From Fimicolochytrium jonesii (taxonomy: Eukaryota): a stretch of 64,000 nt of DNA. The stretch lies in assembly GCF_025526975.1 (NCBI RefSeq), contig NW_026515668.1:1860001-1924000 (forward strand), in the 5' to 3' direction. Positions 39,913-51,176 of the stretch are shown in pieces. The notes beneath the pieces were generated by a model that was given only the letters and a program-made list of their open reading frames with translations, was not told where the DNA came from and did no database searches. Position 1 is the stretch's first letter. Each line of letters starts with the position of its first letter. The translations under genes were made by a program, and so were the position numbers.

Positions 39913-40167
39913 TGCTGAATATTCAGGAGTATCAGGAGACTATGTGTGCGTGGCAGTAGGTATCGGTGTCAGGTTCTCTCTATGTGCCAGAAGGACGACG
40001 AAATGCCCTGCAGAAGGTCACTTCGAAGTCAAGAAAATGTTCCCACGCCAGTCCCACGCCAGAAGCGCTTGTGGGCGAAAGTCCGACGGAAAGGGCTCGC
40101 GGCGATTGCGACTTTCCGACCGGATAACCATCCCCCACCGCACAGAAACACAACTCGTTCAACAAAC

Positions 40168-40528
40168 ATGGGCCAAGTCCCTTCAAACCTCGAGCCCATA
40201 ACCTCCTACTGCAAAGACGAAACAGACGCTGCCCAGAAATGCATGCAGGCTCACAACTTTGACCGGTTGGTGTCCCCCCATTATCCCCTTTCCCCTTTCC
40301 CTCCGGGCACCAGCTACACACGTCCCCTAACGATTGTGTTTCGTGTGATAGGGAAGTCTACCGCTCGAAATGCAGACAGATGTTCCAGGACTATCGGGAT
40401 TGCAAGCAGCGTTGGGTAACTCTCATCTTCATATCTTCCATCCCCGCGGGAAGCCACGATGTTGACGAACACGCGCGACTCTGTAGAACGATATGAAGGC
40501 ACAGCTTATAAAAGAGCAGAGTAGATGA
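40168..40528 (+). CDS. COX23: Twin-Cx9C mitochondrial intermembrane-space protein, Cox23-like
   Basis: Exons 40168-40265, 40352-40415 and 40487-40528 give CKDETDAAQKC..CRQMFQDYRDCKQRW. Confidence 0.8.
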
Positions 40529-41209
40529 CCCCAGTTCGTCGTGGACGGAAGATGCATCTGAGCTGGCGTACGGAAGGTGGTAGCCCTGCGTGGCCACGCT
40601 GGTCGTCTTCGGGAGGGACGGCAGGATGGAGGCGTCGTCTATGCGCACCCAGGACGGCGGGGAAGGCTGAGGTCTTGAAAGTGTTCCACTGGGAAAGTTC
40701 GGCGGCCCGCTGATGGAGTCTGTGGGATTGACCACTTAGGCGTAGTTTCCGTCGCCTCGCGTCTTCCGTCGTCTCTTGGGACGGAGAGCAGAACCAAGCT
40801 GAAGGAGGCTTTTGGGAGTTGCTCGGTGGGATCAGCTAGTGTGCCCACCTGATGGCTCGGAATTCTTTGCCCTTTATTGAGAGGGATCTTTGGTGGGTTA
40901 GGAACTGCTAGGTGGATGGCAGATATGAGCGGCGACACACCCGTGCGCGTTGGGTTTGGGTTGGCTGAGGGCTCGCATAGTTCCCATCGCCAACCTGTTG
41001 CTGCAACAACACCCAATATCAATATCGCCTCGCAGCGTCGAGCTTCGATATTATAGATGCTGTAAGAAGTCTATGGAATTTATGTTATTGTATTGTGGTA
41101 TGTACATCGCACGGCCCTCACGGAAGAAAGGATCAAAACCGCCTACCCATCCAAAACCCCCCTTCCCTCAAACCCCCTACATGAACCCATGCTCAACCCC
41201 CAAAGCAAA

Positions 41210-41420
41210 ATCACCCACCTCTCCTCAAAAGCCACCCAACCCCCCACCGGTCCACCAATCGTACACAGCACCACCGCCCACACCACGACCACATACATCT
41301 CCGGGTTGGAGGCAAACACGCCCGCGACGTTAGCGAGGGATGCGATCAGGAAGGCGATTTCGCCGCGGGGCTATCATTGCTAGGCCCAGGATCAGGGGTG
41401 CGGGTGGGGGTGGTCCGCTC
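41210..41420 (-). pseudogene. C-terminal fragment of a CPA2 cation/H+ antiporter
   Basis: LILGLAMIA/RGEIAFLIASLA..MYVVVVWAVVLCTIGGPVG/VGWLLRR with two frameshifts. No room for the N-terminal portion before the ASNSD1 stop. Confidence 0.65.
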
Positions 41421-41576
41421 TTTTCCAGCATCCTTGCCGGTTGGGTGGTGTGCCGCAAATGGGAAGAGAGAGGGAAGAGACGTCCGGATGGCTGGACACA
41501 GCTCCCCTCTCTACTTTCTCTCGTACGTCAACTGTAAGGCACACATCGAAAGGCGTCCATCTACCCTACCACTAGC

Positions 41577-44013
41577 CTACTCCTTATCCCCCTCAACCTC
41601 TCTACCACTCCCACCCTTCCCAACCCTCCAACCCCCCCTAACCGCCCTCGTCCCCACATCCATCTTCGCACTCCTCGCCCCAAACTGCACCGCCCGCTTC
41701 GGTTCCCCCGCGGCCCTCACAAGGCCCAACCTGCGACACAGCTCCCTCAACAGCAGCTTCTCCCCCACCCCGCGCGGGTACCGCGGATCCGTTTTGACGT
41801 GCATGGGCAGCGTGCAGAGGTACGCGAGGAGGTGTTCGGAGAGGTAGGGGAACCGCACCTCTTTCCCGTGGTCAGACACAATCCGGTCGTCGCGGCCCAT
41901 GTTGCGCGTGGAGATGCGGTCGATGTCGGTTTGTACTTCCTCAATGAGACCGGCCCAGCTGCGTTTCTCGAACGCCGTGCGGTGCCGGCTGTACCCGCCC
42001 AGCTGCTCGTCGGCACCCAGCCCGCTGAAGAGGACTTTCGCGGCGCTTGTGTACGGTTGTTTCTCCCCCGTGGTGGGGGATCGGATATGACCATTGCCGC
42101 GTGCAGCAAACCAGAACGCGATGGCGATGCTGATATCCATCTCGGTGTCAAGCGGGTTCATGAGCGCGTGGATGTGAGAGCGGGCGGCGACGGCGTCGGG
42201 GTAGGGGATGTTGATCTCGACGAAGCGCCAGTCACGGGTTGGGTAGCGCGCGCGGAGTTGGGCGACGCCGGAAAGGCCTGTCAGGCGGTCGGGGACGGTG
42301 TAAATGCTGTCGTCCCCATCCTTACTGTCATTCGTATTGTCGTTCGTGGCAGTGCCCGCTTCCCCACCGTGTTCCGCACCCTTCCCGCGTTTAGATTTCT
42401 GCGGCGTCGGGTTAGCCCTTTTCCTAGCGCTCTCAAACGCGACATTAAGTAGATCGCACGGTTCGCCGGGGGGGAGGAAGCGATCGGCAAGGGCCGCGAG
42501 ACAAATGCAGTCCAACCCGCCCGAAAACAGTATACCAAGGCGCGCGAATGTCGGTGTGCTGTAAAAGAGCGTCTCAGCGAATTGGAGTCATTGATCGAAT
42601 GTACGTGTGTGAGGGAACCGACCTTGCAGGAGGAATATTCTCGACCCTGGCCTTCACAGACTCCGCCAATATCTGTTCCAGCTTGTCCAGTGCGGAGACG
42701 ATCGATGGTAATGTTCGGTGTGGAAACTTCGCTGAATCATCGGGTTCCACTTCCAGGAGGTCAGAAGGGTCTGGGAGTGTGGTCGCTAGCCGTACAAAAG
42801 GCGCTGGCTGCATGATAGCGGAGAGGGGGTTTAGTGGTTCTTCGAGAAAGCTTCGTGACCGCTTTTGCTCCTCACGAGAACTCACAATGGATATCTCGGT
42901 TGATGTGATATGCGCTTCGTCGGGGGGTTGGTCTGGTTGCCGCCATGGTACGTGTTTCAAATGCCGTCTCGATATCCGCTCCTGCGGTCTATACAAATCA
43001 GCGATCCATACCCCAGTGATCCTCAACGTGTAGCAACCACCCTCGCCACTCACCCATTGGCCAACGACAAGCAATACATGCCATCAGCCGGTATCTCCTC
43101 CCACCCCTCCTGTAGAGACTCTCCGTCTTCCACAGGCGCGGTCGAGGATTCTAAAGGCGCGACCGACGCGATGTAGAAGGGCCTCTGCGCGTCCTTCGGA
43201 AACCGCCACAGCAGAGATCGCCGTCCTAGCACGTCACGGCCGAAATAAATCCTGCCTGCAGCCGGCTAAGAAGGGCGAGATCCCAAAGAGCGAACTCAAC
43301 TCATCATCCCAATGGGGAAAATGCATTCGTCACCCGCACCTGACAATAAACAAAAGCCCACGGCCCCCTCAACACCTCCACCACCGCCACCAACGCCCTC
43401 GTCGTCGCCGCCTCATCACCCGTCTCTACACCTTCCAGCGCCGTCGATATCGCCCCAGAGACCGCGATCGTGTCGTTCGAGGTGACGTCTATCTTTCCTA
43501 GCCCATCGGCTGTTAAGTCTCGCACGGTCCTCTCCCTCACACCGTTGCGAATGTGAGCAACACTTTCCACACCTGCAACCCTCCGAATATCTCGCCATTA
43601 AAGCAAAGCCAGCTCCCGTGAGCGTCCTGGATCGGTTGCGTGACGGTGTCCTTGCCGCGGAGATGGAGCGTCCAGCCTTCGAGAACGGCGGTGTGCGTGC
43701 GGGTTAGGGGGAGGGTGATTGAGGAGTGTCCGTCGGGGCCTGTGTAAGGGGACACGGGTCGATTAGTCTTGGAGGTCGAGCGTGAAGGCCGTGCAAGCAG
43801 TACTAGGCATACCTCGCCGGCTGTTAGCATGCTGTAGAGCCCTCCATAGTGGTTTCGACTAAGGTTTGTGGTGTAATTACAGTCAGCATGTGTCGTGTTT
43901 GCGCACCCAAGCTTGCCAGAAAGACATACCACTGCGGGAATGGCGTCGGTTGCAGCGGCGGTTGCGGCGGCGGCGCCTTCACGAGCGAAGATGCCGAGGA
44001 GGATGCCGCACAT
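41577..44013 (-). CDS. ASNSD1: Asparagine synthetase domain-containing protein 1
   Basis: MCGI Ntn N-terminus, LHLRG, LCFNGEIF, GRDVLGRRSLLW, LFSGGLDC, SGLGADEQLGGY, NMGRDDR, KRAVQFG. Confidence 0.92.
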
Positions 44014-44198
44014 GGGAGCGGATAAATGTATCGAGAAGTGGGTGGAGGTCGGTCGGAATTGTGGCGAAGAATTCCCCAAAAAGCTTCTTCCTTGCTCGTT
44101 GAGCGGAGCAACAACCGACCTCGATTCCAATTCCCACGACGCATCCCGCAACCCATATCACTTGCAAACAACTGCCGCACCATCCCAGCTCCAGAAGT

Positions 44199-44645
44199 AT
44201 GCCATACCCACGCCCGCTCCCCGCCGTCCTCCAAATCTACCGCTCAATCCGCCGTCTCCACAAGGACCTCCCCCCAGGTACCGTCCCCCTTACACTATAT
44301 TCAAACGCTCTTTATGTTCCCTCACTGACATTGTGATGTACCGGAATATCCTTAGCCCTCCGGCTCGTAGGCAACAACTACATCCGCGACGAATTCCGGC
44401 GCCACCGCACCGCCGACGCCGCCTTCGTTTCGCATTTCACGGCTGAATGGGCGCGGTATCGGGATGAACTGGCATCTCAGATCGAGTCACAGAGACGGAG
44501 AGACGCGGAGGAGGTGGTGATTGGGAGGAAATTGACGAGGGAGGAACTGGATGCGTTGAGTGATGAGCAGGTTGGGCAGTTGAGTGAGTTGAGGACTGCT
44601 GCGAGGGGGGAGGAGCGGGGTAAGGCTGGGGCGAGCGGAATATAG
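44199..44645 (+). CDS. SDHAF3: Succinate dehydrogenase assembly factor 3 (Acn9/Sdh7, LYR family)
   Basis: Exons 44199-44277 and 44356-44645 give IYRSIRRLHKDLPPALRLVGNNYIRDEFRRHR..GRKL..LDALSDEQVGQL. Not resolved in the ORF track. Confidence 0.9.
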
Positions 44646-45024
44646 TATCATGCCGGTTGAAGGGCTGAGCGACGACGGGACGGCACGGGATGATCGGAGG
44701 AGAAAGACTGAGAGCCGAGTCGACGTGATGAAGAGGAACATATGGGAGGGGCACGGTCTCTCTATTCGACATATCTACAAAGCGGCAGCAGACATTCTGC
44801 GGTACTACAACGACGGCTGCGTTTAGGGGGCAGCGAAAACCGAACCACGCGCTAGCGCCCACCCACCCGTATAGATCTAGCAGTAGCTAGGCTAGCTAGC
44901 GCTCGCCAAATCCGTCTAGTCTTCTATTCTCCCTCGGCCGACGAGTCGACGGAAGGAAGTCGAGCGCGGATGCCACCAAGTCAACCCACCCAGCATCCCC
45001 CCTCATCCCTCTGCGAACACCACC

Positions 45025-47358
45025 CTACTCATCCCCACCGACCTCACCCTCCCCGTCCACAACATCCACCACCTCCACCACCGCCTTCTTCTCCCCTTGA
45101 GGAGGATGCACATACCCGGGCTGCATATACTCGGGCTTCTTCTCCTTCAACACCTTCGCATCCGCCGTCAAAAACCACGCGTAGTCACAGCTGCGGCCAT
45201 CGACTATACGGATCCAGTCGTCAAACCTACAAAATCACATACCATCACATCAGATCATAGCGTATCATCGTATATCAGCAGAGATAGATAGAGGGAATAT
45301 AACTCACGCGTTAGTCTCAACCTCCTCCTCCACCAACCGCGAATAGATCCATTTCTCCTTAAACGCGTCAATCTCGCCTTCGTAAGCGTCGAACGAGACG
45401 CCGGCGCGGTCGTTGGCTTCTGAGGCCCATTTTTCGTTGTACATCCTGTAGACGGTCTGAATCAAATCGTAAGGGTTTAAATGAATGTTGGGCAGTGATG
45501 GGGGAATTGGGGAGGATGGGAAAGGGTTTTGAACGCATACCCGCTCGAGCAACAACCCCAACGCGGGCGCTTTGGGGATATTAAGTTTTTCTTTGAGGAA
45601 GGCTTCGTTGATGAGGGTGGCCGGGGTGGAGGTGCGGATCATCAGGATCGCCAGGCCTGAAAAGAAGTTGCGTTCGGTGAGATCGTCAATGGTGTCTCGT
45701 AGCGAATTCAGCAATGGGGAAGAGATACGTTACCAATCATCTTGCGGATCTGGTGCAGCATGAACGATTGCCCAAAGATCTTGCATTTGACCCATTCCAA
45801 ATCGCCGCGGATGATGGGGTCGCTGACCTGTATGTCAAAGAAACGAAGTGACCTGAGCGACCATGTCCCGAAAACGATACGCGTCCACCCCAAAAAAATG
45901 CATAAAGGGATAGCCTACCGTCAAATCGATCATGAATCGCATCGCACTACTATCTCCAAACCCCTTCCCCACCGTAAAATTATGGAAATTATGCGTCCCC
46001 TCATACCCCTTCAACGCCTCCCTCAGTTTCCCCAGTCGTTCCTCCCCAATCCTAAACGCCCTCCTTGCCGCCAACTGATCCGCCGTCGGCTTCGCCGTAA
46101 GATCATCGAAGGATTCATTGGCGTGGGTGGGCAGCTCGGTGGTGGATATCCCATGGGATTTAGCGAGGGCGGAGAAGGGGTAGAGGTAGGGAGCGGCCGG
46201 GGCGAGGACAAAGGTGGGGAGAAAGTATTCGTAGATACGGGAGTCGCAGGCGTTTTTGGCGTGGAAGGCGTTGGTGGTGCGGACGTAGCCTGGGGTGTGA
46301 GGCAGGGAGGGTGGTTTAAGTTTTAGGGTAGGGGATTGGGGTGCATTGTCAGAGGGATGTTATAACGCACCCCAGACACGTATTTGCTCTGGGAGATGTT
46401 GGTTGATTTTTGAGATGATGGTGGGGTCTTCGATGATCATTTTTAGGGAGCAGACTTGGCCGGCTGCGTGCACGCCTTTGTCTGTTCGGGCTGCGCGCAT
46501 GAATTGGATCTGATAGGAAACATAATTGAGTTCCTGTAAGACGAGTGCGATGCCTTATATACCCCGTATGCATACCTTTGCCGGGTCGTTCGCATTGTCT
46601 TTGCTGACGGCGCCTGATTCTGCTAGTGCTTTATGCAGCTCTGCTTCGATCGTTGCGACTCCGGGGTTGCTGTAAGAATCAGGGAAGGGAGATATCAATG
46701 ATCGTTTTCACTATCCTCCATCATGTAAGGGATCCCGAGCGCCAGCCGAGTGGTCAATGAGCGAAGCAGCTCCCTTCGCTCGCTAACGCTCGGTCTCACC
46801 ACGCTGCGGGATCCCGGATCGAACCAACCACTCCCTCGCCTACGGCTCGCTCAATACTCACATTTGCATTCCATTGTAACCAGTCCCACAATACCCCATC
46901 AAGAGCGCCACCTTCTTCTTTGGCAATCTCGGCCCCGAATCCTCCGCATCCCCTCCCTCTCCTCCTCCCTCACCCTCAGCACCCTCCTTTGTCTCCCTGG
47001 GTCCCCAAGCTCTCCCCCGCTTAGCACTCTGCGCCTTCCCACTTGGAGCGGTCCTGCGTTTGTTCTTACTCCTTCCACTTTTCTTGTCGTTGGAGGTGGC
47101 TATGACAGAGACGTCGGGTGAGTCGTCGCCATCGGGCGTGTCGAGGCCTATTGAGCCTGTGTTCTCTGTTGTTAGTGGTGCTGTGGGTGCTGAGACACCG
47201 ACACCTTCGCCTGCGGTTGCTGGGAGGGAGGAGGGGGTTGAGAGGTCTAGTTTTATACGTTTGTCGGCGGGTGCTCCTTGCGAGTCCGCGGCGACCTCTT
47301 CTGCGGAGCGTTCCCGTTTGGAGCCTGCAGCGAGAGTGGAGTCTGTTTGGTCCGTCAT
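45025..47358 (-). CDS. PUS1: tRNA pseudouridine synthase 1 (TruA family)
   Basis: KKKVALLMGYCGTGYNGMQ, ARTDKGVHA, CDSRIYEY, GTHNFHNFT, GQSFMLHQIRKMIG, IPKAPALGLLLE. Confidence 0.95.
46670..46861 (-). repeat. PUS1 intron 1 carrying GA-bracketed hairpin units
   Basis: Sense strand ATTGAGCGAGCCGTAGGCGAG directly after the donor, and CCGAGCGTTAGCGAG. Confidence 0.7.
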
Positions 47359-48182
47359 GACTGGGACTGTTCTACTTGACCCCATGTATGGGAACTTGGC
47401 CAAAAGTGAGAGTTACTCGAAGGACTGGCCGACAGAAAACAGACCGTGTTATTAAAGTCGCAAAAGAATGCACGTGACGTGGATGCACAAATGACTTCAC
47501 GCGTCCGCAATGGCTCCGACGCCAAGTCCATTCCATTCTGTGAGAGGGAACGTGTGGGGGTAATAATACTGTAGGACAATATGCCCACCAGGGCCGAGGA
47601 CAACGTGTGCTGGGCCCCCCCAATACGAGTATGAGCAAGGGCCGTGTTACGCACGCCTTAATGATTGTATGCGTTCTGTGCGAATCACTCAGGGCATGTC
47701 TGCTGATCTGCTATTGTTCATTTTCCTGGGCTCGCGAGTCGCTGGGTGAACCCGCTGGCGGGTATATTGGTGGTGGGTGCAACTTTTCGGGCCTTTCCAT
47801 CGGTTATCCTCCTCAAAAGACATTCTTCGCTCACTTAAAATCCATCCACCGCCCACGTTCTTCTTTTGTATCTATCGCCATCTATCCATCTGCCGTTTGT
47901 CCGTCTGTGTATCTCATTGTAGTTTGTGTGTGTGTGTGTGCACATAGCGATATCCGAACGTGTTCAACACCTGCCTTGGCGAACACGTCCCCCCTGCTGC
48001 GGCCCCCGCGCGAAAAGCAAGGCTTACGGCTCGTCCCCAAGCTCCACTTATCACTGTACGCCTAGGGGTGTGTGCACCCATCCACCCCATATCGCACCTA
48101 TTTATTCCCATCCGCCATGCAAACCCACCGACCCCCACCACCAGCGACCCTCCCCATCACCATCCCCCGCCCACCGCCGAAA

Positions 48183-50650
48183 ATGGAAGAAGTGTCCCCG
48201 CTGCTGACCCCCTCGATCGACGCCGAAACGCACCCGTTCAAGTTCTCGGCGCTCAAGCTCGAGAATCCCATCCTGCCCGTGTCCATCCCGTTTGTCGCGG
48301 AAAAGTCGCCGAGCCCGCCGACGAGCGATACGACTGTGTCTGATTACGGGGATGGGAATGGGCATGGGAATGGGAATGGGAAGACGGGCGGGACGGCGCC
48401 GGCGGCGGACGAACCGGGAACGGCGCGAGAGCAGGGAGAGGAGGTGAAGAAGAAGAAGTGGGGGGATGCGACGAAGGTGAAGCCGGGGGAGTTTGAGCCG
48501 GAGAGGCATTTCTATCCAAGGGTTTTGAAGTGAGTAGGGACAGCGACAGGCGGGTCTGGCGAGCGCAGCGGGGCCTGGTGCTCCATGTCCAGCGAAGGAA
48601 AAATTGAGCGAGCGAAGCGAGCCTCCTGCGTTCTGCGAGGGGCAGCGAATCCATCTTCTTCATCCGCAGCATCGCTGTTGCGAGCGTCGCCATCATCTCG
48701 TTAAACACATATCTCATACGATCCTACTCCTTCCCTCAAACTCCCCTCCAGCGCCAACATCCACCCTCTCGTCGCCTCCTTCTTCTCCCTCGGCAACGAA
48801 CGCATCATCGCCCGCTACACCCACCTGAACCCGCAGGTCGACATGGAAGCGCTCACAAAACTCCTCGCGTACAAACCCACCTACTTCCAGTGGGCCGGTA
48901 ATGTCGTTCCGATCCCGTACTTTTTTGCATCATGGAGAAAACATTTGGGGGAAGAATGTAATTGAACGAGAAAAACCCACCCGGGGATTCTAGGATCGGA
49001 CTTGTTCAATGTGACGACCGCCAGCGGCCAACGCCAGATGATCATCGTCGAGACCAATTCGTGCCCGTCGGGTCAGAAATCGATGCCGTTGTTGTCGGAC
49101 CCTGAGGAACATGGCGGTTACGGTATGCGCGTCTCCCCCTCTACCCTTTTCCCCCATTCCCATGGCCCCCAATCTCTCACGCCCCCATTCGCCCACCAAC
49201 AGGTATAGTGATCTCCCGCACCTTCCTCCCCCTCCTGCGCACGCTCCCCCCCACCCTCGGCGGCCTCGCCGTCGTCTACGACAAGAACATGATGGAGGCC
49301 TCAGGCTACGCTGCCGTCATGGCCGAGGTGTGTGGCGAGGAGGTTTACCTGGTCGAGTATTACCTGGAGGACCCGGACCCGCCGGTCCAGTGGCGGGACG
49401 GGGTGATGTGGGTTCGGGATCGGGTGAAAGGTAAACTGTCCCAAAAACCAAAACCCTCCGTTTCTTTTCCCTATGGTTTTGGGGGGGTGGGGTGGAACTG
49501 ACGACAGTATTTTCATTCCATTTTTTTTCTTCAAGAATGGCATCCGATCCGCGCCTGTTTCCGCTACGTCACGCAAAAGCCCTGGTCGCGGTTCCCGCTG
49601 TCCACACGCACGCTCGTGCTCAACAGCGTGATCTCGTGTCTCGCGGGCGGCCGCAACAAGATGATGGCCGCGCGCGCGTACGATTTCCTCAACGCCGAGC
49701 TGGCCGGGACCGGGCTGGGCGTGCGGGTGCCCGAGACCATCCGCAACGTCACGAAGGGGGAGATCCCGCTCTGGCTGGATAGTATGGGCGGGCATGCGGT
49801 GGTCAAGGTGCCTTACTCTAACGCTGGTAGCGTATCCGTATCCCTGCCTTTGTCCCATGCCCCACGGTCCTAAACATGTTATGATAACACTCCCCCCGTA
49901 AAGGCCAGGGCGTCTACACAATCACGACCGCGACCGAACTCTCCACGTTCATGTCGACCCCGCACCACTACGGCAAATTCATCGTGCAATCCCTCGTCGG
50001 CAACGCGTCGTGGTCGTCCATCTCGCGCACGGGCCGCTTCTACCACGTCGGGACCATCCCCAACAAGAAGAACCACACCTTCGTCACCGACCTGCGCTGC
50101 ATGGTGTGTGCCGACGCCGGCGGGTTTGCCCCCGTCGCGATATACGCGCGGAGGGCCAGACGCCCGCTGCTGAGGAGGCTGGAGGATGACCCCAGTGGTG
50201 CGTTTATCCATGTGTGCTTGGTCCTACCCCGTTGGGTCAACTAACCCCTCGGTTTTACTTACGGCCCCTGTAGTAACATCGTGGGAGATGCTGGGCACGA
50301 ACCTCTCGGTGCGGCTCCCGAGCGGGGACTGGACGACCGAAGCGCAGCGGCTGCTGCTGATGGACCGCAAAGACTTCAACCAACTGGGGCTCGGGATCGA
50401 CGACCTGATCGACGCGTACATCCAGACGGTGTTGAGTGTGATCGCGATCGATAAGATGGCGGGGCGGTTGATGCGCGTGAGGAAGGGGTTGGGTGAGCGG
50501 AACGAGCGAGAGGGGGGCGAGGTGCAGGGGGACGTGGGGGGTGGGGAGGGGGACGGGCAGAAGGCGTGGGAGAGCGAGTATGAGTTTGATTTGGAGTTGT
50601 TTGAGGCGTTGAATCCGGATAAGGCGCTTTTGAAGGAGATTTTGGGGTGA
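48183..50650 (+). CDS. Uncharacterised ATP-grasp-like (glutathione-synthetase-like fold) protein
   Basis: Multi-exon ORF with [40 protein letters not shown] and DLRCMV, a pattern resembling circularly permuted ATP-grasp ligases. Alternative start at 48117. Confidence 0.65.
48530..48751 (+). repeat. ATP-grasp gene intron 1 carrying GA-bracketed hairpin units
   Basis: GCGAGCGCAGCGGG at 48559 and ATTGAGCGAGCGAAGCGAGC at 48603-48622. Confidence 0.7.
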
Positions 50651-50702
50651 TGAGCTCGGTCGGTGCTCGGGCTGTGGACTAAGCAGCGGGACTCCCGCGC
50701 GC

Positions 50703-50739
50703 GTGTGTATGTGTGTATGTGTGTGTGTGTGTGTGTGTG
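50703..50739. repeat. (GT)n microsatellite
   Basis: Imperfect GT dinucleotide run downstream of the ATP-grasp-like gene. Confidence 0.9.
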
Positions 50740-51176
50740 GAAGGGGAGGGGGGCAAATGTGCGTGGGTTTTCCTTGGGTTGTGGGTCTTTTTTTGGCGAT
50801 GGGGTGTGTTATTGCCTCCGTTTGTAGTTTTCCACCTGCGGATTTTTGATTTCATGATTAATTTTCCTTTCGTATGTGATTATGTATCCTGTTCTAAGTG
50901 CATCATTACTCTTTCCGCTTCGTGTGGTTTTGGGCGAGGATACTTCCAAACGAAACTGATCGCATTGAGAGCTCCATGGAGTTTCAACGGAATGTCGGGA
51001 TCTTATATGCAGGCCACGGCTATTTACATTAGCATACGTAACGTAGTACACTACTACATATTCATAGCGTCTCTTGGGCTACAGAAGCTACAGCGAGTCA
51101 ATGGGGTATACGGAACCGTTGGCGGGTTTACTGTACATTTTTCCGAGTCGGGTGTCGGTTGGCAGTTGCTCGCGCG

